Both the position numbers and the translations under genes were made by a program. Under the pieces are notes generated by a model that did no database searches, was not told the DNA's origin, and saw only the letters and a list, made by a program, of their open reading frames with translations. Shown here in pieces: positions 1 to 9,365 of a stretch of 35,849 nt of DNA. The stretch lies in the NCBI GenBank assembly GCA_052055015.1, contig JBQJIT010000070.1; one strand, 5' to 3'. This DNA is from Malassezia furfur (taxonomy: Eukaryota). How positions within the stretch are numbered: position 1 is the first letter of the stretch; every line of letters begins with the position of its first letter.

Positions 1-2
1 GT

Positions 3-1148
3 GCACGGGCCACCCTCGGCGCGCGGCCGGCGCACTACGACCGCGCGACGCCGAGCGTGGCGTGCGTGCTGCTGCGCGGCCTGCGCTCGGCGACGCTGAG
101 CGATGCGACGCTGGCGCTGCTTGCGCGCGTCGTCGCACTCGAGGACACGGTGCCCGCAGACGACATCGCCCTGGTGCTGGTCGCGACGCTGCCGTGGAGC
201 ATGCAGGCCTGCGACGCACGCACCGCCGGCAGCGTGCGCGCCGCCGACGCGCGTGCCATTGACCCCGCATGCGTCACGGCGCTGGGCGAGGCGCTCGCGC
301 ACGCCGCCGAGCGCGTGCACCGCGCGGACGTTGCGCGCGTCGCCCACTCCATCGCCCGCGCGCGCTTCCGTAGTGCCGACGAGCTCGCGCGCCAGGCGGC
401 CGCGTGTGCCGCCGCGCTGTGCGTGCGGCACGAGGCGCTGGGCGCCGCACTGGTCGTGCGCCTGTGCGACGTGCTGTACTGCGCGTGCGAGTGGGTCGCG
501 CGCCAGGCCCTGCGTGCGCTCGCGGCGCTCCTCGACGCGCTGCGCGCGCAGCAAGCGGACGGCGGCGTACGTGCGCTGGGCGCGCGTGTGCTCGACCCGG
601 TGCTCGCACAGCTCGCGACGCCGCTTGCGCCACTCGCCCTCGACGTGCTCGACCGCCCGGCACTCGCGACCGCGGCCGAGGAGGGCGCCGGCGACGACGA
701 GCGGCCCGAGGCGCCGTCCGCGTCGGGGTGGGGCGTCGCGAATGCGCGCCTCGAGGCTGCGCGCACGCAGCACAACCTGCAGGCCGTCGTCGATGCGTTC
801 GACGGCGCGCTGCGTGCCGCGAGTGCCGACGGGGCCCAGCAGGCACGCGACGACACGGACGAGCTTGGCGCGCTGGCCGTGCAGCTCGACGATCTCGCGA
901 CGTTTTTTGGTCAGGACGACGCAGGCGCGCCGCTTGCGCATCCCCACACGGAGCACGTCGCCAAGATTCTCGCGCGCTCGACGTACCGCGCGCGCGACTC
1001 GATGCTGTTTGCCGCTGCGCCGCCGCCGCTCGATGCGGTGCTACGTGGCGTGTACGCCGACGACACGGCGTCGGCGGCCACACCCCCGACCACGCCGCCG
1101 CCGCCGGCACGCACGCCCAGTCCGCAAGGCTCGGATTGGAGTGGGTAG
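3..1148 (+). CDS. Hypothetical Ala/Leu-rich alpha-helical protein, 5' end outside the window
   Basis: The frame of ORF 57..1148 stays open back to position 3 and ends at TAG 1146-1148. The translation looks protein-like (amphipathic helices, Pro-rich tail), unlike the Arg-rich alternative frames. No family recognised. Confidence 0.7.
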   Translation, partial: ARATLGARPAHYDRATPSVACVLLRGLRSATLSDATLALLARVVALEDTVPADDIALVLVATLPWSMQACDARTAGSVRAADARAIDPACVTALGEALAHAAERVHRADVARVAHSIARARFRSADELARQAAACAAALCVRHEALGAALVVRLCDVLYCACEWVARQALRALAALLDALRAQQADGGVRALGARVLDPVLAQLATPLAPLALDVLDRPALATAAEEGAGDDERPEAPSASGWGVANARLEAARTQHNLQAVVDAFDGALRAASADGAQQARDDTDELGALAVQLDDLATFFGQDDAGAPLAHPHTEHVAKILARSTYRARDSMLFAAAPPPLDAVLRGVYADDTASAATPPTTPPPPARTPSPQGSDWSG

Positions 1149-1180
1149 CGATGTACATACATACTCACAAGGCTATGGAC

Positions 1181-4100
1181 TTAGTGTGCCGACGCGCGGC
1201 CCACCGCCGACGTGACGGCGCCCTCGGGCAGCGCGGGCAGCGGCACGACGTCGGCGCTCTGCACGCTCGGCTTCGGCAAAAAGTCGGCCGCGACGAGCCA
1301 CGCAAAGTACCTGCCAAGCAGCACCTCGTCCACGCCGCGCGGCACGTCGAGCTCGTGCGCCGCAGCCAGCAGGGCATGCGTGTGCTGGTCGTCGAGCTCG
1401 GCCGACTTGGTCGACGTCGGGAGGTCGTCGAGGACAAAGTGCAGCAGCGGGAAGAGCGCGTTCGCCTCGGCATTCGACGCCGCGCCGGACACGACGTGGT
1501 TCTCGAGCTGCGCACGCCACTCGACGTACTCACACGGGCGCACGTCCCAGCCGTAGGTGGCCAGCGCGCCAAGGAACTGCTTGTACCGGATGCGGGGGTG
1601 CGACGTCACATGGAACACGCGCGCATGCGTCGGCGCGGCGGGCGTGGTGTGCGGCGCGGCGAGCGCCGCAAGCGACGTGATGCGCGCGACATGGTCCACG
1701 GGCACCATGTTCACCGTGTTGTCCATGTCGGGGATCTGGCCGAGCTGCACACTGCCCTTGACCAGGCGGAAGAGGAAGTCGTCCGTGTTGGTGACGCCCG
1801 TGCGACTGTCGCCCACAATGTAGCCAGGGCGCACGATCGTCGCACGCAGGCCACGCGCCGCGGCGGCCATGACGAGCCGCTCGCTCGCCCACTTTGACTG
1901 GCCGTAGCCGCTGCCGAGGCCGTGTGCGCTGCCGTCCAAATCGTCCTCCTCGCTGATCCCGCTCAGCTGCGCGTGGGGCGTCGCCTGGATCGTGTCCGAG
2001 AGGCGCACGTAGTGCTCCGTGTCGAGCGCCGACGTCGACGAGACAAGCGTCAGCGCCTTGGGGCGCCCGTCCGCCGCGAGCTGCGCGGCAGCCAGCGTCG
2101 ACAGCACGTTGGGCGCACGCAGCTTCGAGTAGGGGTACACCCAGTGCACCAGGGCACCGTTGTGCACGATCACGTCGACCTCGTCACGCACACGCGCATA
2201 GTCAGCGTCGCTCAGGCCCAGGCGCGGCGCAGCCAGGTCGCCGACCAGCGCCTCGACGCGACCCGACGTCGCCCACGCCTCATCCCACACGCCGCGCGAC
2301 GCAAGCGCATCGCGGATGCGCTGCAGCGCAGCCGCCGCGTCGGACGCACGCGCGTGCACCAGCACCTTTTGCACCTCGGGCCGGTTGCGCAGCAAGTCGT
2401 GCAGCACAAACGCGCCGAGGAAGCCGGTCGCACCGGTGAGCAGCACGGTCCGCACCTCGCTTGGCGCGCCAAAGGACGCAGGAAGCTCGGCAACGAGCGC
2501 CGCCGCGTCTTCGGCGTAGTCGATCTCGGCAGGGCGCTCCGCCTCGGGCGCACTGGGGCCCGTGTGCAGCATCAGCTCACCGTTGCGCAGCGTGTCGACA
2601 GCGGCCGCCAGCGTACGCACGGTCGGCGCATCAAACACGAGGCCGAGCGGGATGTGCACCGCAAACGCCTGGCGCAGCGCAAACACGAGACGCGTCGCGA
2701 GAATCGAGTGGCCGCCCAGGTCGAAGAAAGACTCGTCGAGCGGCACCGGAGACGCGACCCCGGGCAGCAGCTGCGCCCACACAGCGCCGATCGCCTCCTC
2801 CGTCTTGCTGCGTGGCGTGTCGGTGCCGCTTGCAGGGCCCGTGGCGTGCGCGAGGCGCTGCGCGAGCACCGTGTCGGGGAAGGGCAGGGCGGGCTTGTCG
2901 ACCTTGCCGTTCGGGTTGAGCGGCATCTTGGCCAGCGGCACAAACAGCGTGGGCACCGAGTAGGTCGGCAACTTCTGCTTGAGGTACTCGCGAATGTCCT
3001 TGATGAGCTGGCGGTGGCGCGCAATGCCGCGCAAGATGTCGCGCTGCGCGCCTACAATCTCCGACGGGACAGAAACGTCGTCGCCCTCGGCGTGCGCATC
3101 GTCGGTCGGCACAAAGTAGGATACGAGCACCTTTTCTTCGTCCTTGTCGCGGCGCACCAACGTCACATTCTCACGCACGTGCGGGTGGCGCGAAAGGTGC
3201 GTGTCGATCTCGCCGAGCTCGATGCGGAAGCCGCGAATCTTGATTTGGTCGTCGGCGCGGCCCGTGCACTCGACGCGCCCGTCGGGCAGGTAGCGGCCCA
3301 GGTCGCCCGTGCGGTACATGCGGTCACGCGGGCCCTTCCAGTACGCGCCCTCGGGCGTGTCGCGCAGCGTGTCGGGGATCTCCAGGTCCGGCGCGAGCCA
3401 GTTGGCGACAAACTTCTCGGCGGTCACCTCGGGCGGGCCCAGGTAGCCCTCGGCAAGGCCGCCCGACCGCACGTAAATCTCGCCCACCTCCCCGACCGCA
3501 CACGTCTCCTGCCGCTCGTTGCGGTTCACCACGAGCAGTTGCACGTCGATCATGCCCTGACCGGCAGGCATAATGTCTTTTTGCGTCTTGAGGAACGCCA
3601 CGTCCTCGCTCGCGGGCGGGATCGCATAGTACGACACGGCACGCTGTGTCTCGGTGGTGCCGTACATGTTGATGATGCACACGTTCGCTGCCAGTGCCTG
3701 CAGACGCGTGCAATCGCGCTTCGTGAGAATGTCGCCCACAAAGAACGCATTGCGCAGCGACGGGATCGCCGCCGTCGCCTGCGCCGATAGCAGCTGGCCC
3801 ATGGCTGGCGTGAGGTGCGTCACGCTCGCCTCGGTCGCCGCCATCCACTCGGCAAGACGGCCAGGCGTGCCAATGTCCTCAGCAGTGGGGATGTGCAGCT
3901 CTGCGCCAAAGAAGAGCGGGGTAAAGATGTCGCGCTGGATCGGGTCGTGCGCAATGCCGCTCAGCATCGTGAAGCGGTCTGCAGCACTCAGCCCAAAGCG
4001 CTCGCCCATCCAAGGGAAAAAGTGCGTCAGGCTGTAGTGCCGGCCTTGCACGCCCTTAGGGATACCCGTTGAGCCTGACGTGAACGACAGCGTCGCGACA

Positions 4101-5593
4101 CTGTCGGGGCCCAGCACCACCCCCGTCGACTCGTTCGCCTTGTCCTGAGCGACAGCCAACACGTCCTCGCCATTGACCTCGCCACCAACCAGGGCGTCGC
4201 CAACGAGCTCGAGCGCGGGGATCTCAATCTTTAGATCGAGCTCCTCCTCGATGCACGCACGCACCTGGGGGTGAATGCGACCCGCCTTGGCCAGCACCAC
4301 CAGTGCACGGGGACGCGCCACCTGCAGGTAAATGTTTTGGCGGCTTGGCGGATAGCTTGGATCAATCACACTAAACGTCGCCCCGGCCTTGAGCGTGGCC
4401 AGAACGGCGATCACCAGATCGATACCGCGGTACGCATACACCGTCACCACATCGCCCCGGTCCACGCCGGCCATGCGCAGGCGGTGTGCTGCGACGTTGC
4501 TCGCGCGGTTCAGCGCACCGTACGTCATGGTGCGCACCTGTGCAGCAGGTGCCCCCAGCGCGTCGCCTGTCGACACGCTCTCGACCAGGCACCGGCGGTC
4601 GGGGAACGCCTGAGCGTTGCGCTCAAAGATGCTGGTGATGCTCCCGCGGTAGCCGCACCAGTCGAGGTCCTTGCGGGGATCCGGCAGCAAGGCCGCCTCA
4701 TCCGCCGAGCGGAACACAATCTTGCCGACGGGTGCCAGCGGGTTCTGTGCCGCGGCGCGGATCAGCGTCGCGAGCTGCGCCAGCAGCCCCTGCATGCGCT
4801 GCGCGGAGAAGAGCAACGCATTGTACGACACGTGCAGCGCGACGGGTGCATGCGCCGGCGCACGGAACGAGTGGAAAGAACCACTCATCGACGCCGAATC
4901 GCCGTCAGGTGCCTTGGAGCCCGCCTCCGGGTCGACGTCCACGTCGGGCGGCGTCACAAACAGACTCAAGTCCGTCGTGAGGTTCGTCTGCTGCATAAAC
5001 TGCCGCACCTGCGACCCTGTATCGTCAAAGAAGCGCACACGGAACAGCGGCGCGCGCACCCCGCCCGGCGCGGCTCCCTCGGCGGCAAAGCGATCAGCCT
5101 CGATGCGCTCTTCCAGCAGGTCGAATGGCACGCTATTCCGCAGCGCCTCGGCCTCCACGGCCTGCACTCGCCGTGCCACCTGCCAGAAAGAGTCTTCCGG
5201 CTCAACCTTGATGCGTAGCACCACCGCGTTGCCACTCTGGGGGTCATTGGAGGCAACCACCACATCGGTGTCACCTGTGTACCGGTGGATGAGCACGACT
5301 AGCGCCGTGAGGAGCAGGTCGTATACACGCATCTCAGTTCCTTCACTCTCTTCGTCTTCGTCCTGGAAACGCGAGGTAGCCGTCGAGGTGCTCTCGTCCT
5401 CGTACAGCGCCAGACGCGCCAGCGCCTTGGTCACGGGCGCCGGCAGCGACAGGCTCTTCATCGCATGAATCACATTTTGCTTCGCTGGACGTGGATAATC
5501 GGTCGGCAGTGCGAGTCGTGGTAGACTGCGCAGTTGCTGTGACCAAAAGTCGAGTTTTCCCTGGACGTCCGCGTCCGTGCGATCGTCCGCCAT
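1181..5593 (-). CDS. LYS2: L-2-aminoadipate reductase (NRPS-like A-T-R enzyme of fungal lysine biosynthesis), intronless
   Basis: 1470 aa. A-domain motifs SFTSGSTGIPKG, YGTTET, YRTGDLGR, GRADDQIKIRGFRIELGEI and NGKVDK. PCP motif FFDLGGHSI. Reductase motifs VLLTGATGFLG and GYGQSKW. Confidence 0.97.
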   Translation of the reverse strand: MADDRTDADVQGKLDFWSQQLRSLPRLALPTDYPRPAKQNVIHAMKSLSLPAPVTKALARLALYEDESTSTATSRFQDEDEESEGTEMRVYDLLLTALVVLIHRYTGDTDVVVASNDPQSGNAVVLRIKVEPEDSFWQVARRVQAVEAEALRNSVPFDLLEERIEADRFAAEGAAPGGVRAPLFRVRFFDDTGSQVRQFMQQTNLTTDLSLFVTPPDVDVDPEAGSKAPDGDSASMSGSFHSFRAPAHAPVALHVSYNALLFSAQRMQGLLAQLATLIRAAAQNPLAPVGKIVFRSADEAALLPDPRKDLDWCGYRGSITSIFERNAQAFPDRRCLVESVSTGDALGAPAAQVRTMTYGALNRASNVAAHRLRMAGVDRGDVVTVYAYRGIDLVIAVLATLKAGATFSVIDPSYPPSRQNIYLQVARPRALVVLAKAGRIHPQVRACIEEELDLKIEIPALELVGDALVGGEVNGEDVLAVAQDKANESTGVVLGPDSVATLSFTSGSTGIPKGVQGRHYSLTHFFPWMGERFGLSAADRFTMLSGIAHDPIQRDIFTPLFFGAELHIPTAEDIGTPGRLAEWMAATEASVTHLTPAMGQLLSAQATAAIPSLRNAFFVGDILTKRDCTRLQALAANVCIINMYGTTETQRAVSYYAIPPASEDVAFLKTQKDIMPAGQGMIDVQLLVVNRNERQETCAVGEVGEIYVRSGGLAEGYLGPPEVTAEKFVANWLAPDLEIPDTLRDTPEGAYWKGPRDRMYRTGDLGRYLPDGRVECTGRADDQIKIRGFRIELGEIDTHLSRHPHVRENVTLVRRDKDEEKVLVSYFVPTDDAHAEGDDVSVPSEIVGAQRDILRGIARHRQLIKDIREYLKQKLPTYSVPTLFVPLAKMPLNPNGKVDKPALPFPDTVLAQRLAHATGPASGTDTPRSKTEEAIGAVWAQLLPGVASPVPLDESFFDLGGHSILATRLVFALRQAFAVHIPLGLVFDAPTVRTLAAAVDTLRNGELMLHTGPSAPEAERPAEIDYAEDAAALVAELPASFGAPSEVRTVLLTGATGFLGAFVLHDLLRNRPEVQKVLVHARASDAAAALQRIRDALASRGVWDEAWATSGRVEALVGDLAAPRLGLSDADYARVRDEVDVIVHNGALVHWVYPYSKLRAPNVLSTLAAAQLAADGRPKALTLVSSTSALDTEHYVRLSDTIQATPHAQLSGISEEDDLDGSAHGLGSGYGQSKWASERLVMAAAARGLRATIVRPGYIVGDSRTGVTNTDDFLFRLVKGSVQLGQIPDMDNTVNMVPVDHVARITSLAALAAPHTTPAAPTHARVFHVTSHPRIRYKQFLGALATYGWDVRPCEYVEWRAQLENHVVSGAASNAEANALFPLLHFVLDDLPTSTKSAELDDQHTHALLAAAHELDVPRGVDEVLLGRYFAWLVAADFLPKPSVQSADVVPLPALPEGAVTSAVGRASAH

Positions 5594-5605
5594 GATGTCT
5601 CGGGT

Positions 5606-5633
5606 TGAGTCACCATCTTCGCGACGTCACGTG
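5606..5633. promoter_or_regulatory. Candidate Gcn4/AP-1 site (TGACTCA on the minus strand, 5606-5612) and E-box GTCACGTG (5626-5633) in the divergent LYS2 spacer
   Basis: Exact motif matches in the 51-nt gap between divergent ATGs at 5593 and 5645. Function is inferred. Confidence 0.4.
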
Positions 5634-5644
5634 CCTCTTTGGTG

Positions 5645-6412
5645 ATGGTGGGCGGCCCCGACGCGTCCAGCGGGTGGTGGCCGTGGGCCCACAGTGGCGG
5701 TGCGTCGCGCGCCGAGCGCGAGGCGAGCATGCCAGCCCATGCAGCCGATGCACATGCGCCGGTGCAGGACGTCGCACTCCCCGTGCCGCCGGAACGCAAC
5801 GTGCCGCACCTACCGCCGTACGAGGAGCCCAAGGAGCCCCCGCTCACGGTCCACTTGCCGCTCAGCACATTGCTGGTTTCGTGTGCCTTTGGTATTGGGT
5901 TTGCATCGGGCGTGCTGGGCGGTGCGCGTCGTACCGCGCTCGTCTACCTGGCTGAAAATGCACACCGATTGCCGCGCACTGTCCAAGGATGGTACTTTTA
6001 CAACAAGACAAAGTACTACCGCATGATCCTGGGGGGCGTTCAGCACGGCGCACAAACAGGACTGCAACTCGCGGGATGGACTGCCGGATTCTGCCTGTTG
6101 GACGTCATGGCCGAGCATGGGCGGCAGCGCTGGATGCTTCGGCGCCCGGTGCCGGCGTTCAACGACCGTGCGGAGCGGCCCCTGACGTCTTACCTTGGGC
6201 ATTGGTCGGACGGTGCCCTTGCGGGCTCCGCCACGGGGCTCATCGCCGCAATTACTTGTACGTCCCATGCTAACGCAGTCCGCTTCTCCCGACCTGTTTG
6301 GCTTCGCGCCGTGTTGCTGGGCGCTGCAGCAGGCGGCCTCACGGGCGCCTTGCGCGATGTGCGTCAATCCATTTTGGAACAGAGCGACCCCGGACGGCCG
6401 CACATGATCTAA
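5645..6412 (+). CDS. Conserved fungal multi-pass membrane protein, Tim17/Tim22/Tim23-like, probably mitochondrial
   Basis: Gly-rich TM segments and the fungal motif LAENAHRLPRTVQGWYFYNKTKYY. Probable in-frame 21-nt intron at 6258-6278 (GTACGT...GCTAAC.CAG). Confidence 0.75.
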   Translation: MVGGPDASSGWWPWAHSGGASRAEREASMPAHAADAHAPVQDVALPVPPERNVPHLPPYEEPKEPPLTVHLPLSTLLVSCAFGIGFASGVLGGARRTALVYLAENAHRLPRTVQGWYFYNKTKYYRMILGGVQHGAQTGLQLAGWTAGFCLLDVMAEHGRQRWMLRRPVPAFNDRAERPLTSYLGHWSDGALAGSATGLIAAITCTSHANAVRFSRPVWLRAVLLGAAAGGLTGALRDVRQSILEQSDPGRPHMI

Positions 6413-6413
6413 C

Positions 6414-6794
6414 CTACGCACGGTTGCCGGCAGCGACGCGCGCCTCGGCTTCCGAGTAAAACTGCTTCTGGCGCTCGTCCAACACGCGCCGTTTGTTGAA
6501 ATAATCCACCTGTATTAGCTTAGAACCTACCCAGCTCTTAGCACAATTCCCCTCGTATTCGTCTCGCAGCGGCGTGCACGGGTCGTTCTTGCGTTCGTCG
6601 GCTGCTTTTTGCGCGCGCTCTGCTTCAGAGCGAGGCGGATCGCGAAATGCGCCACGACCCAGAGGACCAGGCGTGCCCGACATGTCGGTTCCCGGTGGCG
6701 CAAAAATACCGTTTTTCGTTAGACAAGCATAGTACACGTCGCGGCTCTCCCAGCACCGCTGGCGACTGCTTCGCGACACGCCCGATTGCGACAT
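6414..6794 (-). CDS. COA6: Cytochrome c oxidase assembly factor 6 (COX6B-like CX9C...CX10C protein)
   Basis: RQRCWESRDVYYACL...CTPLRDEYEGNCAKSW. Removing the 21-nt intron at 6510-6530 restores CAKSWVDYFNKRR. Confidence 0.85.
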   Translation of the reverse strand: MSQSGVSRSSRQRCWESRDVYYACLTKNGIFAPPGTDMSGTPGPLGRGAFRDPPRSEAERAQKAADERKNDPCTPLRDEYEGNCAKSWVGSKLIQVDYFNKRRVLDERQKQFYSEAEARVAAGNRA

Positions 6795-6841
6795 GGTCCA
6801 AGCGAGAAGCCTCGGCCGACAGAACAAGCACACCGACACCC

Positions 6842-7784
6842 ATGCGCGCGGGGTCGTCCGACAGACCGGGCGAGCCGTCCAACTCGCTTCCTAGCCGCGC
6901 AGCAGAGGCTAGCGCTAATGTGGGCAGCCGGTTCGTTGGAAAGCAGGATCAAACCGAGGACTCGCTCAAAATTGAGACCGTAGGGCTGGTCCGTCTCGAG
7001 GATTTCCAGCGTAAGCGCGAAGAGCTTCTCGAAGATAAGGAATATGCTTCAGAGCGTGACGCAGAACTACGGTATGCTGCATAGCTCACACAGAGCGAAG
7101 AAGCGCGAGGAGAGGCGCAAGAAAGGACGAAAGGCACAGGCAAAGCTGTCCTTCTCGCTGGACGAGGAGGAAGAGGAAGACCTGCTGCCGTTGCCAAAAC
7201 GCATCCGGGCTGACAAGGACAAGAAAAATGTCAAGGACCCAAGCGTTGACACATCATTTCTTCCGGACCGGGAGCGCGATGCGGAGGAGTTGCGACTCCG
7301 AGACCAACTCAAGGATGAGTGGCAGCAGCAGCAGGAACAACTCAAGAGAGAAGAAATGGAAGTCACCTACTCATTCTGGGATGGCACTGGTCACCGCCAT
7401 TCGGTGAAATGCCGGAAAGGCGATTCTATTGCCGACTTTCTCGAGCGATGCCGCCAGCAGCTTCACCAATTACGCCATCTGCGTGCTGACAATCTGCTCT
7501 ATGTGAAGGAGGATCTCATTATACCGCATCACTATACCTTCTACGATCTAATTGTATCCAAAGCGCGCGGCAAATCTGGTCCTCTTTTCCACTTTGATGT
7601 GCATGATGACGTGCGGCTTCTAAACGACTCTTCTGTGGAAAAGGACGAATCACATGCAGGTAAGGTCGTTGAGCGTGGGTGGTACAACCGACACAAGCAC
7701 ATATTCCCTGCAAATCGCTGGGAGGTATACGATCCAGACAAAGATTACGGCGCGTACCGTTACGCCGACCGCGCAGCGCCCTAG
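6842..7784 (+). CDS. XAP5: XAP5/FAM50 family nuclear protein
   Basis: [10 protein letters not shown] in exon 1. [50 protein letters not shown] and [10 protein letters not shown] in exon 2. The exons are joined by a 22-nt intron at 7072-7093. Start codon uncertain. Confidence 0.92.
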
Positions 7785-7821
7785 CCCGGGGGAGGTGGTT
7801 CCGTGCGCCATAGTACTCCAC

Positions 7822-7836
7822 TTTTTTTTTTTTTTT
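7822..7836 (+). repeat. T15 homopolymer, poly(dA:dT) tract
   Basis: 15 consecutive T between the XAP5 stop and the SUA5 start. It is the only long homopolymer seen in the window. Confidence 0.9.
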
Positions 7837-7920
7837 AGATTCGCAGCTTCGGCAGACCACTGCATGCCCATAGCGGCTCGGCGGTTTGCACACATTTCAT
7901 TGCAAAGGCTTGGTCATTGT

Positions 7921-9300
7921 ATGCAGAAAATGACAACCTCGATCCTTCCTGTTCCAAAATCCGGGCCAGATTTCGGCATCACATTTGACGAGCAGCCCGG
8001 GAAGCCCGTGCGTGTGCACATCAACTCGGACGTGGCGCAACAGAGCTTAACCACCGCAGCGCAGCACCTCGCTGCAGGTGAACTGGTGGCCTTTCCCACA
8101 GAAACAGTATATGGCCTTGGTGCTTGCGCTGTGCGGGCTGAGGCTGCTTCGAAAATCTACCAAGCCAAGAACCGGCCGATGGACAACCCCCTAATTGTGC
8201 ATGTGAGTGACCGGGCAATGATGATGCGGCTTCTTCCGCATGGATACCACGTCAGTCGCGTCTGCGAAGTTCTCATGGATGCATTCTGGCCTGGGCCTCT
8301 CACTCTACTCTTCCCTGTCGGTACAACCGAGGGGAAGCCAAATGTCCCGACCACCGTCACATGCGGACAGCCAACTGTTGGCGTGCGCATGCCCTCTCAC
8401 CCCATTGCGCGTGCGCTGATTGCACTGGCCGATGTTCCGGTTGCTGCGCCGTCCGCTAATGCCTCAGGTCGACCATCGCCTACAAGCGCACAGCACGTGT
8501 ACACAGATCTGGCCAAGCGACATGTGCTGCGCTACATTGTGGACGGCGGCAATTGTGACGTGGGGGTGGAAAGCACCGTGGTGGATGCCGTGACGGCTCC
8601 GGGTGAGATCCACGTGCTGCGCCCAGGCGGCGTCTCTGTCGAATCGCTTGGCTCTGTGTTGCAATCCAACCACCTTTTGCGCGGCAGCCCTGAGGCTCGG
8701 AGCGACGCCGTGCAACTGCGTGTTTACGGCAAGACGCTGGAGCGCAGTGCTACTGCGGAAGAAACCCCAACAACGCCCGGGATGAAATACCGGCACTATT
8801 CTCCCGAGGCCCGTGTCGTCTTGGTCCGGTATCGCCCCCAGGCGGCGTCACTTGCCGAGGTGCTGTCATCACAACTGGCGTCGATCACCGAGGCGGCTGC
8901 TGAGGCTAATGATGCCACGGGTGTACGTCGGCGCACGGGTCATGGGCGTATCGGTGTGATGTGTGCGGTCGACTCGCCAGTCTTTACCTGTGTGTCGCAT
9001 CTGACGTCGGTGCCGCTTGAACCGTGGGCGGCATCGTCTGAGCGCGTGTCGCCCGTGGTGAACTGCGGGCCCCACCAGCTGTGTGTGTATTCACTGGGTG
9101 TGCAATCCGAGCCTGCGACCGCAGCCCAGCGGCTGTTTGACGGGCTGCGCACGCTGGACACTGACATCTCGTGGGCTGGTGAACCGTCGGCGTGCGATTT
9201 GATCCTGGTGGAAGAGATTCCAGACACCGGCATCGGGCTGGCGGTGATGAACCGGCTGCAAAAAGCTGCGACGGAGATCATCGAGGTCGGTTCTGTATAA
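7921..9300 (+). CDS. SUA5: Threonylcarbamoyl-AMP synthase (YrdC plus Sua5 domains), intronless
   Basis: VAFPTETVYGLG, KNRPMDNPLIVH, FWPGPLTLL, AAPSANASGRPSPT, GVESTVVD, PGMKYRHYSP and AVMNRLQKAA. Start at ATG 7921 or 7930. Confidence 0.95.
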   Translation: MQKMTTSILPVPKSGPDFGITFDEQPGKPVRVHINSDVAQQSLTTAAQHLAAGELVAFPTETVYGLGACAVRAEAASKIYQAKNRPMDNPLIVHVSDRAMMMRLLPHGYHVSRVCEVLMDAFWPGPLTLLFPVGTTEGKPNVPTTVTCGQPTVGVRMPSHPIARALIALADVPVAAPSANASGRPSPTSAQHVYTDLAKRHVLRYIVDGGNCDVGVESTVVDAVTAPGEIHVLRPGGVSVESLGSVLQSNHLLRGSPEARSDAVQLRVYGKTLERSATAEETPTTPGMKYRHYSPEARVVLVRYRPQAASLAEVLSSQLASITEAAAEANDATGVRRRTGHGRIGVMCAVDSPVFTCVSHLTSVPLEPWAASSERVSPVVNCGPHQLCVYSLGVQSEPATAAQRLFDGLRTLDTDISWAGEPSACDLILVEEIPDTGIGLAVMNRLQKAATEIIEVGSV

Positions 9301-9365
9301 TAAGAATCATGTATTGTACATACAGTAACTATGATGCCAATTGCATAAGGTATAGAAGTGGTTGC

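Noticed and set aside
1508..1529. GTACGT...CAG segment of exactly 22 nt on the LYS2 strand
   Set aside because: It has no CTNAY branch motif, and removing it would frameshift the reductase domain (EYVEWRAQL), so it was not called an intron. It is a useful negative control.
1922..3790. 622-aa antisense ORF over LYS2, and many other long overlapping ORFs (e.g. 404-1897, 12057-13079, 34924-35781)
   Set aside because: These are shadow ORFs expected from high GC and biased codon usage. Their translations are Arg/Ala-rich with no recognisable domains.
1181..5593. NRPS-like gene as the core of a secondary-metabolite cluster
   Set aside because: The domain order and motifs match the primary-metabolism enzyme Lys2, and the neighbours are housekeeping genes with no tailoring enzymes or transporters.
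7654..7920. N-terminal extension of SUA5 shown in the ORF track (includes FFFFF)
   Set aside because: It overlaps the XAP5 CDS and runs through the T15 tract. The Sua5-like sequence starts after ATG 7921/7930.
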